64,000 bases of DNA from Cirrosporium novae-zelandiae (GCA_026023565.1 JAPETS010000003.1:620001-684000); one strand, 5' to 3'; positions 24,914 through 38,190 are shown, numbered from the stretch's first letter. Program-made: numbers and translations. Notes: generated by a model not told the origin, from the sequence alone.

Positions 24914-25469
24914 GGATAAAATAATAATGTGGTTGTGGTAATTGATTGCATTCCACCCTAAAAGAGAGGATGTGAATTGTCCTTCTGCATGGTTATGAAG
25001 AAAGATGACAATTCAGGCCCTTGACATGGCAGCAGGGTGAAATGACGCTTTGAAGAAAATGGTTAGCAAGCTTTGGGCTTTGGGGGGGATCAAACGGGCC
25101 TTAGACCGAAAAGAAAAGTTTCGTGTATATATAGACTCTGCATTTCGTAAATTTGACCATGTTGATTTCAAGCAGAATCCTGATTGTAGAGAACCAGCTA
25201 CTTTGTCCAAACAGTTTTTGAACTAGGACCTTTTCTTTCGAGCTTCATTTTTATGTAAAGCCTGATGTTTTTGAAGTAGAAAGCTGCAGATCCTGAAGAT
25301 CCGAAGTACAGATCCTTGCAGCCAAACGCTCCGGTGCTCCGCTGTTACCGGTGCTAAGCCGGTGCCGAGTTCTGAAGCTTGGAGACCTATGAGGCCCCGA
25401 CGTCACAATTCGGTTTACGGGGCGGGGAACGCGGGGCAAGGTTAGCATTGCATACAAGTGCATACCAAA

Positions 25470-25534
25470 GCATAGCACACGCTTGCATAGCACGCATAGC
25501 ACGCATAGCACACGCTTGCATAGCACGCATAGCA
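25470..25534. repeat. Tandem GCATAGCAC minisatellite (6 copies, 33-bp higher-order period)
   Basis: GCATAGCAC-ACGCTT-GCATAGCAC-GCATAGCAC-GCATAGCAC-ACGCTT-GCATAGCAC-GCATAGCA. Confidence 0.9.
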
Positions 25535-25785
25535 AACACTACTCGAGTACTTGGATAATTAATTGGCAAACAAATCAAACAAATCATATCTATCCCGTAT
25601 CTAAGCTCGGGATGACATGAATTATTATCATGTGCTCCAATACCCCGACTTTCGTGGAGTACAGCATATCACTACTGATAAATATTGCATAGGTTTAACT
25701 ATAATATAGTCAACGTTCATCGAGACTTGAGTTTTGGACCTACCAGTATCAGTATAGTATCTTGTCTAGATAATCCCTAATCACT

Positions 25786-27099
25786 ATGGCAATCACCGCA
25801 TCCTGGCTTCCAATCTCCCCTACCTCGCCATTTTCTATCCTAAACATCCCTTTTGGAATAATCAGCACCTCCTCCAATCCCAAACCCCGTCCCGCTATTG
25901 CTATTGGCAGCTATGCTCTCGATCTCTCCGCCTTCGCCGACTCGGGTGGCTTCCAAGACCTCTCCCCAGTCCATCCTCATATGCATGTATTTTCCGAACC
26001 AGCTCTCAACGGCTTTGCCGCTCTCGGTCGCGCAATCCATCGCCAGGTACGAGAGCATCTGCAGTTAGTCCTTACCGAAGATACACCATATGGCGAACTT
26101 CTGAAGGATAATAAAGAGATGAGGGAGAAGACGCTAATTCCATTGGAAGAGATCAAATGCCATCTACCCATGAGAATTGGAGACTATACAGACTTTTACG
26201 CAGGGTTGAATCACGCGTATAATTTGGGGGCACTACTTCGGGGTCCTGACAACGCTCTCCAACCAAACTATAAGCATCTCCCCGTGGGATATCATGGGCG
26301 CGCTTCTTCGGTGGTGGCTTCGGGAACTCCAATCAAGCGACCAAATGGACAAATATTGCTGGATCCCACAAGCACACCGAAGATCCCATCCCTCCTACCA
26401 TGCAAAAAGCTAGACATTGAACTAGAGATGGGAGCATTCGTGTCCACCGGGAACAGGATGGGCGAACCAATTCCAATCAGCAAGGCAGAAGAGCACGTCT
26501 TCGGTCTCGTTCTCATGAATGACTGGTCCGCACGCGACGTCCAAGCGTGGGAATACGTACCCCTGGGCCCCTTTAACGCCAAAAACTTTGGCACGACCAT
26601 AAGCCCATGGGTGGTATTACTGGACGCGCTCGAGCCGTTCCGCACCCACGGACTCGAACCTGGGAACCGAGAGAAACTCCTACCTTATCTCCGGGAGCCA
26701 AAACTAGACAACATGTACGACATCAAACTCGAGGTAGAACTGAAGACGGCCCAAGGCACCAGCACCATCATCTCCAATTCCAATTCCAAAAACCTCCTCT
26801 TCTCCTTTCCGCAAATGCTCACCCATCACTCAATCACCGGCTGCAACATGAATCCGGGCGACCTGTTGGGAAGCGGAACCATTTCCGGAACCGACCCCGG
26901 GTCGCTGGGGAGCTTGTTCGAGCAAACCAGCAACGGGAAGAAAATGATCACGCTGCAAGATGGGTCCGAGAGAGCGTTTCTTCTGGATGGGGATGAAATT
27001 CTTATCCGTGGCGTCTGCGGACAGGAAGGTGGTTATGTTGGATTCGGGGAGTGTAGGGGGAAGATTGAACCGGCGGTTCACCTTGAGTTTGATAGTTAA
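25786..27099 (+). CDS. fahA: Fumarylacetoacetase
   Basis: SPFSILNIPFGI, IGDYTDFYAGLNHAYN, HLPVGYHGRASSVV, LDIELEMG, LMNDWSARDVQAWEYVPLGPFNAKNF, GDLLGSGTISG and VGFGECRG. Intronless, 437 aa. Confidence 0.96.
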   Translation: MAITASWLPISPTSPFSILNIPFGIISTSSNPKPRPAIAIGSYALDLSAFADSGGFQDLSPVHPHMHVFSEPALNGFAALGRAIHRQVREHLQLVLTEDTPYGELLKDNKEMREKTLIPLEEIKCHLPMRIGDYTDFYAGLNHAYNLGALLRGPDNALQPNYKHLPVGYHGRASSVVASGTPIKRPNGQILLDPTSTPKIPSLLPCKKLDIELEMGAFVSTGNRMGEPIPISKAEEHVFGLVLMNDWSARDVQAWEYVPLGPFNAKNFGTTISPWVVLLDALEPFRTHGLEPGNREKLLPYLREPKLDNMYDIKLEVELKTAQGTSTIISNSNSKNLLFSFPQMLTHHSITGCNMNPGDLLGSGTISGTDPGSLGSLFEQTSNGKKMITLQDGSERAFLLDGDEILIRGVCGQEGGYVGFGECRGKIEPAVHLEFDS

Positions 27100-28772
27100 A
27101 AGGCTTTTTTCTATTCATCGTGCACCAAGTTAAGCTATCATTATTGCTTTAACCCCTAAGTGAATATACTTCTAGGACCTTACAAAATAAAGTACGCAGG
27201 CACACAAACACACACGTATAACCAGACCCATGATCCCCATCCCCTTATTCCATGCATTCCATCCCCCACAACCATCTCCATCTCCACCTCCCCAGTAGCA
27301 ATACGCCACATCACACATCACACACACATACATAGACCTCCTCCCCTTTCCCTTTCCCTTTCCCTCCAATTCAACCCCCTAGTCTGCATCCCTAAATCCC
27401 TACTTCTATATTCCTAAATCCCTAAATCTAGATCTCTACCTAGGGTATCCCATGGAAAGAAAGGGAAGGGCGCTACGCCCAGATGCCATGTGTGTGTGAT
27501 GTGCGTGAGCGTGAGCGTGGACTGCATTAGAGGGATTGGAGGGTTTGGGATTTGGGATTTGAGTTTGTTGGGCGGTTTTGGGGGCTTTTTGGGGCTTTGG
27601 GGGGCTTTTGGGGGTAGGCATGGGCGTGGGTGTGGGGGCTGGCTAGCTAGATAGTGTGGATGTTATGAGAGTGGGATAGAGAGCGGGAAAGAGAGAGAGG
27701 AAATAGAGAAAGTAGAAAGAGAATCGATTCTACATTGATCCTATCTTATCAACATTCTATCCTACTTACCATACCTACCTACCCCCCTACCGTCAATCCC
27801 AAATCCCTAGATCCCAAATCCCAAATCCCCACAAAAAGAAAAAAAAGAAAGAAAAAAAGAAGGAAAAAGGAAAGAAAAAGAAAAAAGAAAAGAAAAAGTG
27901 TCAAGTTGTCAGGGTGTCAAACTGTCAACACCGTATCTAGGGATCACCTTTACATAACCTTGCCCTTGGGATTTAACACATCCATGCTAGATCCATGTGT
28001 TGCCCATGCCATATCCATCCCATGCCCATCCCATGCGTGGCACACATATATGTACTCGGGTAAGGAATGTAGGGATGTAGGGAGGTTTAACTTTTCTTTT
28101 TTCCTTTTTCTTCTTGTTGGTAATAGGCAAACAAACAGACAGACAGACAGACAGACAAACACAGGATGGTTAGCCGGGATAACCCAGCCATAGGCCCCAG
28201 CTCGGGTGTATGTATGTGTCAAGCCCGAAAAAAAGAAAAAAAAGAAAAAAGCAAAAGAAATGAAAAGAAATGGAAATGGAGTTAATTATCTAATAGGGAT
28301 GGCGTTATTTAATAATTCGCTTTCACTTACGGTTTTGAAAAGGATAGACTATGGTTAATGGTTAATGCTTCTTTGAGAATGGAGGGGGAGAGGGGGGGCT
28401 GATAGCTATGTACTGTACTGTACTGTACATGTAGATATATACATGTGTTATGGTATGTGTAGCGAGCTGATCCTTGCTCGTCGTTTAATTCATTATTATC
28501 ATCGCCCTTGTCGTCGCCCTTGCTACCATTCTTTTCTTTTTTTCCAATTGGCTCTACATACCATATTCGGACTTTTTATCCGCCAAGTGTTCATTTTGTT
28601 TATTTCACTAATGGTGGTGGCGATGATGGATAATAATAATAATAAAGATAGTAGTAAAAAGAGGGAAGCTAATTAGCTAGCTGGAAGGATTGTTATGGAT
28701 GGATTATTGATTATGGATCTGCGACATGGGGGACTACTACAGGTTTTGAGAAGGATGGATGATGGATGAGCT

Positions 28773-28849
28773 GAGTGAGGAGGGAGGAGGGAGGAGGGAG
28801 GAGTGAGGAGTGAGGAGTGAGGAGTGAGGAGTGAGGAGTGAGGAGGAGG
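28773..28849. repeat. Heptamer microsatellite (GAGGAGT/GAGGAGG)n
   Basis: About 11 tandem units visible directly. Confidence 0.85.
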
Positions 28850-29491
28850 CTACAAAAGTTCGTCAATTTCGAGTCTGTTAATTACCTAGGTAGATATCTT
28901 CTAGGTCTGATGTAGCTTCTTCCAAGGCTAGCTGTCATTGAATTTATTGTCGATAGTCTAGTTACTAATTCTTTTTTACTCGTTTCATTTTATTCCCACC
29001 AAATGATTCGATAAATTGTAGGAAAAAACTATTAATGATCTATATCCAAAAATAAATAAATCAACTAGAGGCAGCTGGTACAGCTTGTAGCGACAGGGGG
29101 TATATGCATTTTAAACAAAACAAAAAAACAGAAACGATGACAAGGAGAAAAAGGCCTTTGAAAAAACATTTTCATCAAAGCAAAACAATGGGCCGATTAT
29201 AAATAGATAAATATAAGAAAAAAAAGATATACAATAAAAACAAAAACAAAGGAAAATCTCTAAAAAACAAAGTAAGTGGTATCAACATCCATTTTCATCC
29301 ATCCATCCCATCTCGTATCTTGTGTGACCGACCAATCTCCTGACCTGTGAATCCCCAAACCAAACCAAAATATCTCTTCCCGGGTATCTGTCCAGTTCCA
29401 GTTTTCATAACTCCCATAATCATAATTCATGCCACGTCCATGGTACAGGTGCTTGATAGTTAAACAAACCACAAGCATACTTCTCACTTCA

Positions 29492-31168
29492 TCATTCGTA
29501 TTGTCCTTCAGCATCCTCATCCTCAGAGTCCTCAACCACCGGAGCTCTCTTAGTCTTGGCACCCTTCCAATCAACCAAAAGCCAACCACGTTTAGTCCTC
29601 TCCAGGAGTCCCTGCTGCTCCAACCAATCTCTCAACTCCTCATCTTCCTTCTCCAGTCCATCACCCTGCTCATAATGACGCCCCACATGCTCCATTCTCT
29701 CCTCCCAACTCGGTTTGCCTTCAAAAACTCGGTCGCACACCCCGCAAACGCTGTGCTCCGGGGGTTCACGTTCCTTGTGCCAGCAGCGCTGACGGATGGC
29801 TTCAAGGGTCTCTTCAAACTCTTCCCTTCGTCTAATCTCTTCTGGTGCCTTGGACTTAGAGGCTCGTGGACCATGCATGCGACGGAGATGCTGGGTAAAA
29901 AGGTCCTTACGGTTGAAGTCGTTATATTCTGAAACTGCAGTTTCAAGGGAAGGGTTGCATGTGTCGAGGTCACAACGCCAGTAACCTAGACGAAGATGTT
30001 GACTAGAGACGTGGCGTTTCCACTCATTCTTGGAAGAGAAAGAAGAGGTGCAGCCGTAGCGACTGAAGGTGCAGGGGAAAGGTTTCGTATTCTGAATCCC
30101 CTGGGAGGACTTTCGACGTGACGGTGATGGTTTGGCTCGATTGGGGCTAGTCGCACCTATTGGATGGCTACTAGGACTAGAAATGGTACCCTTATTCTTC
30201 GATCTTAGGGAACGGCGTGAATCGGTAGATGGGAAAGCCTTATTGGGGTGAGAGACCCGTTGCCTCTTGGTCACCGGAACGTACTCTGAATCGTTACTAC
30301 CATCTTCTTCGCCATCTTCATGCATAGAATCAGTCAAATGGTCGACACTCTTTGCATAGTGTCTTCTCAGTTTCCTGTCTGGTAAGATCGCCATCGGGGA
30401 GACGTCAACTTCCTCAATACCGCTTCCGAATTGCGTCGTGTCAATGGAATTAGACTTGGGGGATTGAGGAGACTCAGTCTCAAAGTCCGAGTATTGCTGA
30501 ACATCGCGAAGTGTCACGCATTGGCCATTTGGACAATGTAGGCTTTCTGTAAGGTTGAAGGGTAATTTCCTGGCTTCTGCAGTCAAATCTCCATATAGAT
30601 CTACTAGGGAACCCATCGTCGGTGACTGAGAAGGATCAAAATAATTGAATGGTCCATAATTTTCAGCACTTTCAAAACCTGGATGCGGACTCGCGGTACT
30701 GTCGCTTTGGAAGGACTCTGCGTCGCCAGCTGATCTATCGGCCCCGAATTCACCAAAGGGAGAGGAATGCCTCACAATTGGGTATGGGTGCTGTGTCATA
30801 TAAGCCCCATTAATGCCCCAACTGAACTGATTGCACTTGAATGTAGCGGTAGCTAGAAATTGGTCAGTGGACCCGGAGTAGTAGAGTGGAGCTTCCGAAT
30901 CAGAGATGAAGCGCTGCATGTTGGTCATGGATCGCGAGTTATGGAAATGGTTTGCAGGAACTTCCATGCCTTGAATGTTGATGGTGTTGGCAAAGGAATT
31001 GGAGTATTCATTTGTATCAATGTCTTGGAGAGGGCCATCTTTGTCGACTTTGATCTCGGGCAAATCCCCAAACATATTACATCCATCCATGTTTAAAGGT
31101 TTGCAAACGATATGCGTGCAATGTGGAAAGGTGGCGTCTGATAGCAACGTGGTCGCTGGCGTTACCAA
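29492..31168 (-). CDS. C2H2 zinc-finger transcription factor (start uncertain; first in-frame ATG about 31090)
   Basis: KPFPCTFSRYGCTSSFSSKNEWKRHVSSQHLRLGYWRCD, FNRKDLFTQHLRRMH and CGVCDRVFEGKPSWEERMEHVGRH. Ser-rich disordered N-terminus with basic NLS-like stretches. Confidence 0.88.
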   Translation of the reverse strand: MVTPATTLLSDATFPHCTHIVCKPLNMDGCNMFGDLPEIKVDKDGPLQDIDTNEYSNSFANTINIQGMEVPANHFHNSRSMTNMQRFISDSEAPLYYSGSTDQFLATATFKCNQFSWGINGAYMTQHPYPIVRHSSPFGEFGADRSAGDAESFQSDSTASPHPGFESAENYGPFNYFDPSQSPTMGSLVDLYGDLTAEARKLPFNLTESLHCPNGQCVTLRDVQQYSDFETESPQSPKSNSIDTTQFGSGIEEVDVSPMAILPDRKLRRHYAKSVDHLTDSMHEDGEEDGSNDSEYVPVTKRQRVSHPNKAFPSTDSRRSLRSKNKGTISSPSSHPIGATSPNRAKPSPSRRKSSQGIQNTKPFPCTFSRYGCTSSFSSKNEWKRHVSSQHLRLGYWRCDLDTCNPSLETAVSEYNDFNRKDLFTQHLRRMHGPRASKSKAPEEIRRREEFEETLEAIRQRCWHKEREPPEHSVCGVCDRVFEGKPSWEERMEHVGRHYEQGDGLEKEDEELRDWLEQQGLLERTKRGWLLVDWKGAKTKRAPVVEDSEDEDAEGQYE

Positions 31169-34100
31169 AGAGAACCAATTGAAGAAAAGGTTCGAAGAAA
31201 GTTAAGGATTCTTGACCAATAACGTATATGTAGATTGGATGAGCATAAATTGGGAAAGGAAGAGCTAAATAAATGAGCATATTCTCATGCCAATGGGAGG
31301 ACAGGCAATGCTCGGATGCCTTGTAGGCTAAATTGATAATGGATAATGAACATTGGTGGCGAAGCAGAAGAATTTCCTCGCAGGACAGACGAGAAAGATA
31401 TAAGATCCTCTTCCATCGTCATAGATCGGAAGTGGTGGGTCTAAGAGAGAAGAGCAGAGCCTCATGTAGAGAGTAAATGAGTGGGCTGTGATGATTAAAC
31501 GCCAGGAACCTACTACCAACCAGGCCCCTGCATGATAATGCATAGTGGTTGGTGTGTATAGTGTGTACATAAGGGAAAGGCCGGAAGATGGTACACGCCA
31601 GAGCCGTGAGGGGAAGCTAGTGGGCGTCACCAAGGCCAAAGAGAGGGCGAAGCTGCATGCATGAGCTGAAAAGAAACTAAAAAGAACTGAGAAAGAAAAG
31701 TACCCGAACGAAGGTTCGCCAACGGGGAGCAGAGGCAGTCAGACTAATTTCAGCCACATGATTCAAAAAAGGAAAGAAATCAAAGAGAAATATTCATTGA
31801 ACCATTGAGGCATCAAGTTCTGCTGTGGATGATGGGCAGTGAGCAGCGGGCAGTTGAACAGTTGGACAAATGAACGAATCGACAGATAGATAGTTGGGAT
31901 GGTTTGCCGTGGAAGATGAGGGCGCGCCCCTAACAAGCTACTTGCATTTCCCCAAAGCCCTTTAAGTTGAGTTTAGTCAAGCATCAATTGATCCTATGCA
32001 GTGCAAAGTAAGCCGTACTGGTTTTGGCCCCCAGATTCTACTCGAGAATCAATCTCAGCGTCACATTGGGAGGTTGTTATTTGGGAGGGGGGGGTGGGTG
32101 ATCCGTTCCTTCGACTGAGAAAGGAGGAAGAAGCGAACAACAACAAAAAGCGGCAAAGGGACGGGGCCGCAGAGCCTCAGTATGAAATATTCTCACACAG
32201 GTCTTGTATTCGAGTAGGCGGCAGCAGGGGCGCCAAGGGAGCCAGGTATCTCAGCTCCCCAAATTGATTGTCCTCTTAGTCTACCCCCCTCCACGCTGTC
32301 GAAGTGAAGTGCCAGGTGCCCCACGTCAATTTCATATGCCGATAATCCCGACGATGCTAATGGTGGGAATTGGCGAATAAGAAATAGAAAGCATGAAAGA
32401 GGCACGAGAGGGAACAGAGAGAAGCGAAGGAAGATGGTGGGACAAGTTGACGACTGATTGGAAGTTGATAGCGATGAACAGGGAACTTGGGCGAATCAAT
32501 TGGGCAAACTCTTGAACAAGAGGGCGTAAAATACCTGGGATGGTACCTGGGATGGTACCACAGTAGTACCTCAGGTAATTAGCCCAAAATTCTTTCTTTG
32601 CTGGAATCAATTAATTAGTTGGTTTATTCTAATGGAATAAAATAGAATATCCCAAATAACGGAAAGACAGAAATGGGGCAAGCAAAATAGAGAAGGGCGT
32701 TATAATGGTGGAATGTCTACCTGCCTGTCTGCCTGTCTGCCTATCTGCCTAAGTCAAGTACTTGTAAATAGTGCCTTCAATACCCAAGGCATCCAAAGCT
32801 TGCCAACAGTCAAACTCATGATTCATTATTCTATATACTTAGATAGTTGGATATGGATCCATCTTTTTTCCCTCTTCTTAATCCAGGGTACTCAAATAGA
32901 CAATCCTCATCTCCCCATCCTGCTATAAGCTGCAGCTGATTGACTACTTCTTCAAGTGCCTAGTAGGTTGTTACTATCTATAATCTAATCGATGGTTAAT
33001 CATCCTTGGTAGGGGCGCTGGTTTTCTCCAAGGTGGGTCGACAAGTGAGAGTACCAACAAAATGGTCGTGACAGTTGACTTGATGCTAGCTAGTATGAAA
33101 TCTCCATTTTCTCTCTCTCTTCATTCTTTTCTGCCCTTGTGGCTTCCGAGCCTTTTTTTTTATTGTACGGCTTTCATCTACTTTTCTCCGTATCTTTCTC
33201 CTTCATCTCAGCCTGCTTTCACTAACACTGCGCTATGTGTTACGGCTTCGCCTTGCTACGGCCGTATTATTCCGTTACACGGTTCGAAACAACCGTTCGA
33301 TCCTCAGTTCATTTTCTTCACTATTAAACGTGGACTGGGATACCTGGCATTCCCATCTGTTGAATTTGGAAAGTTGCCAACTTTTCTCCGGGATCATACA
33401 CCAACTGTTGCCGACGAGCGATACACACCTGGCAGCATCAAACTCGCCTACCACTCCCTCAGTGACGAATACAAATTTCTCTCACCCATCCATCGTAATA
33501 AAAGTACTTGCGCAATTCGCATTGTTGCCCATTCTTTTTTGATTCAGGCCTGCCATACAGCTCATATAGGTCGACCTTGGCAATCCTCCACCATGACGCC
33601 TGCAAGTAGAAACGGGTCGTGGATGATTTGTGAAATGACCTATTTTTTAGAGAAGTAAACTTGCCGTCAATGCAAGTCTCACCACCATTCCAAACCTCTT
33701 TACACGATAATTCCGCTCTGAAGTGAAGTACGGTCTCTCCTGCATAACAGCTTAGGTACCTCGACAACATTCTTCATATTTAATATATTTTTTTCTTGAT
33801 TTTCAGGGTCAACACCCCTCAGCGCATGAATCCGAAAGTCTCTGACTGGCTGTTTAAGCTCAAATGAAATTTTCAAACTACACCATCGTGGCTGAAAACG
33901 AGCTGAACTGTCATTATAGACATTTCGATCTAGCCTGCCTGCATAACGTCTCTGACAGGCCCAATATTCGCCAGGGGGTTCGTCGAAAGATGGTTAATTG
34001 CAGAAACTTGCATAAGTTCAGGTTGTCTAGGAGACCAAAAATACCAGATCTCCAACAACCAGGGGTAGAATATGCAGAACCTTTTTATCGCGATCGTGAT

Positions 34101-35793
34101 CAGATGGCGTTTTACATCATCGTTTAGTTGGAGCAAGCAAGATTATGAAATACCCTTCGCTTCTCATTGCACGAAAGTAGCGAGCGGGTTAAGGAATTCC
34201 CGCTTTCGAGAGAGGGAGTTGCCTTATCAGGAAACCACATCAAGTTCAGGAATCGCGGCATCTATTCACGGAAATCCTGGCTCAAGTCTATCTATACCTT
34301 ATCCTCAAAATAATTTTGAATCCATGGTTACTGGTCTTGGAACGCTTTGCATCTAATGCATCAGCTCTCGAACGCTGATGGCAACACTGATTCGCAATCA
34401 CACAGTATAACATTTGATATGGTCTAGATGACTCTCATTTGTGTTCCGACGGGCGGTGACCAGAGTTAGCAATAATCTAGACCTGAAATCAATTGCACTT
34501 CCTCACCGGTGGCTCCGATGTCATGCAAGTATGCCTACCAACTCTTGGACCATAGTCGCAGCAAGGTGAAACGGATAAGCAGTCTGCCGGCAATAAAAAA
34601 TACCACAAACTATGCGGTCAATTAACAAATATGACTTTATGGAGCTGAATTGTAATAATGGTAGCATCCTTTGCTCCTATAGTCAACCGAACATGCTTGC
34701 GGTTCTTTTTCCCCATGATAGTATGAATGTGAAGTTAGTTGTCCGTGCCTAACCTTGACTCTTTTATGGCGCTACTGGACTATATTCTTACAGTTCTTGT
34801 GCTAGTCCGCAAAGAAGAATAGTATCTCCATTCTAACTATGAATAATCTGGAGAAGTCAAAGATAACATTGACTTGGCGTCGGTCAGGCATCCAGGCTTG
34901 GATTTATATATCCTGATGGTCTGTCCATCATTCGGCCTAGATCAACCTTGCAATCACCTGATATCGGGGCTAGATACCTACCATAACTGCTGTTGATAAG
35001 TACCTGGTCAATATTAGTTGCATCCGAATTGAGATCCACTGCACGATGGCAATAGACACGGAGAGATAGCTCAACGAAGAGGCAGCTGGAGATATCGCAA
35101 TGCATCGGTCCTCATGAGAGACTAGCCGAAAAATATAACAGGTCCGGGCCGGAGAGCGGACATATCATAGTGGTATGAATGATTAAACTAAGGAATAAAA
35201 TGGAAAAGAATATTTGGACTATTATAGATCCATCTCATCGCCCGTGGGGTTTAGTTAACGTGGAGATGAATAAACAAAACTGGTCAACTATGTACGTAAT
35301 TAGAGTCTCTGCTAAGAATATTAGTTATGGAGTACCCCGTGTTCAGCGCCTGGCACTCCGGAGTTATCGATAGCACCAACACGATAATCCTTTTCCAACT
35401 CTAACAACTCCCTCCGAGTCTTCATCAGCTAACCATGTACTGTCATGTCCGTTATTGTGTAATGTTTTTACATGAATAATTGGACAAAAAACAGATGACC
35501 CAGATCTAGTTTTGCAAGATGCATGAGCATATAACTCTCAATGTTTGTTTGACCGGCCAATCCTCGGCAATCTTTTCGCTTCTCCACTTCCTAGTTGAGT
35601 ATGTGGTATCCTTTATTCCCCACGACCTGAGTAAAAGTGAAGATCATCATCATATCTTCAATAACCACCGGAGTTCAGCGGCCAAGTTGCCAAGTTCGCC
35701 AGCTATGTGCTTCCTGGTATCTATAAAGGCTTGCACAATCTGCCTGGGAGATGAAGCTTCCACAGGTCGTCGTCAATTGACAAGCCAACCGAC

Positions 35794-38190
35794 ATGATGA
35801 GGGATTTCCTGCCTACTCTCGCTGTTGCAGCAGCTCTGATACCCTCCAGCTTTGGGCTCTCGGGCTACACCAATGTGTCTGAGGTTCCTTTGTATGGCCT
35901 GAGTCCTCCAGTCTACCCATCCCGTGAGTTGACTATCCCACTGTCCTTCAAACTTCACAACTCACGCAGAACAGCACAGGGAAACGGCAGCACAAGTGCT
36001 AAATGGGGAGCCGCATACACGAAGGCACATACTTTTGTCAATCAACTCACACTAGAGGAAAAGGTGAACCTCACAAGAGGATACAGTGGAAACTGCCTTG
36101 GCAATACTGGTTCCGTCCCACGCCTTGGATTCAACCCCATCTGCTTTATGGATACACCTTGTGGGATAAGAGTGACAGACTTTGTGTCAGCTTTCCCTGC
36201 TGGAATCCACCTGGCTGCAACATTTGATAAGGAAGCCATGTACGCCTGGGGATACGCTCTTGGAGAAGAAGAAGTCGGGAAAGGTGTAAATGTCGCCCTT
36301 GGACCCGTAGCCGGGCCTCTCGGCAGAGTGGTCAGATCAGGAAGGTTATGGGAGGGCTTTTCGGCTGATCCATACCTCAACGGGGTTGCGATGGGCAAGA
36401 CTATTGGAGGAATGCAAGAGGCTGGGGTCATTGCAACACCCAAGGTACATCCTCCCCTGGTTTAGAAGGGATGTCGTAAACTGACCATCATTCAGCACTG
36501 GCTCCTCAACGAACAAGAATACCGTCGTCTCCCCGGTGACCTGGGAGAATCCATCAGTTCAAACGTCGACGATCGCACATTACACGAGCTGTACTCCTGG
36601 CCATTCATGGATGCACTCCGAGCAGGAGCTGGGGCAGTTCTATGTTCATACCAAAGAGCCAATAACTCGTACGCGTGTCAAAACTCCAAGCTCCTCAACG
36701 GCATTCTAAAAACGGAGCTTGGATTCGAAGGCTTTGTTGTGTCCGACTGGGGTGGGCAGCAATCAGGCGTCGCCTCAGCAAACGCCGGGCTCGACGTTGC
36801 CATGCCTGGAGCGGAATTCTGGGGAACAAATCTCACCAATGCTATCAACAACGGCTCAGTGGCAGAAAGTCGCTTAAACGACATGGTGACCCGTCTTCTG
36901 GCCTCGTACTACTACCTGGGCCAAGAAAATGACTTCCCAGACGTAGGTATCTACAGCCCTAGCGTGCAGCACCCAATCGTCGACGTGCGGGCCGACCACT
37001 CAAAGATCATCCGCGAAGTGGGAGCCGAAGGCCACGTCCTAGTGAAAAACGTCAACAACACCCTCCCGCTAAAAAAGCCAAAGTTCCTCAGCATCTTCGG
37101 CTACGACGCGGAAGTGAAAGCAAACCCGTGGACAAACTCCGCTAGATACGGAGGCGGGTACGAGGTCAACTTCAACTGGACGACCTTCAACGGAACGCTC
37201 ATCACGGCCGGAGGCTCAGGCGGAAACGCACCCCCCTTCGTCGTGAGCCCGTTCAAGGCAATCCAGGACCGCATCCGAGCCGACCACGGCATACTTCGAT
37301 GGGACTTTTACTCTGAAAACCCAACCATCGAACCCACAACGCAAGCTTGCCTCGTCTTCATTAACGCCTACTCCTCGGAAGGCTTCGACCGCTGGTCCCT
37401 ATACAACACCTTCTCCGACAACCTCGTAAAAAACGTAGCCAAGAACTGCTCCAACACAATCGTCATCATGCATACCGTCGGGATCCGCGTCGTGGACTCG
37501 TGGATCGACCACGAAAACATCACCGCCGTCATCTTCGCGGGCCTTCCGGGCGAAGAATCCGGAAACTCCCTCGTCGACATCCTCTACGGCGACATATCCC
37601 CCTCGGGCCGGCTCCCATACACCGTCGCGCACAACGAATCCGACTACGGCTCCGTGCTCAACTCAACCGCCGACGCCGGTCCTTTCCCCCAACAAAACTT
37701 CACCGAGGGCGTGTACATTGACTACCGTGCCTTCGACCACAAGGACATCAGCCCCCGTTTCGAATTCGGCTTCGGACTCTCCTACAGCACATTCACCTAC
37801 TCGTCCCTCACCACCACGGCATCCACAAACGCCTCGACCGCAATCTGGCCGCCCGCCGCCGCAATTATCCAGGGCGGCCACCCCCGCCTCTGGGACACCC
37901 TGTACACCATCACCTGTACCATCACAAACACGGGGTCCGTGGCCGCCGCCGAAATCCCCCAGCTCTACCTCTCGATCCCCGACTCGCCCAAGAGGCAACT
38001 CAGGGGCTTCGACAGGGTAAACCTGTCTGTCAATGAAACCAAGACTGTGACGTTCGAGCTCACCAGGAGGGATTTCAGCGTGTGGGATGTCGATGCCCAG
38101 CAGTGGAAGCTGCAGAGGGGGTCGTATCCGCTGTGGGTGGGTGCGAGCTCGAGGGACTTGAAGCTCAATGATACGATTTGGTTTGCATGA
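35794..38190 (+). CDS. Secreted GH3 beta-glucosidase; exons 35794-35923, 35975-36444, 36496-38190
   Basis: Signal peptide, LTLEEKVNLT, GPVAGPLGR..GRLWEGFSADPYL, K-HWLLNEQE, LKTELGFEGFVVSDWG (nucleophile Asp), PSGRLPYT, EGVYIDYR, FGFGLSY and an FnIII-like C-terminus. Two canonical introns. Confidence 0.95.

Noticed and set aside
27160..28676. Several 60-150 aa ORFs (Lys-rich, His-rich)
   Set aside because: They derive from low-complexity intergenic repeats (A-rich, CA, GACA); no domains or splice-consistent model.
33062..34356. Cluster of 70-200 aa ORFs on both strands
   Set aside because: No recognisable motif and no coherent exon chain found. A lineage-specific gene cannot be excluded.
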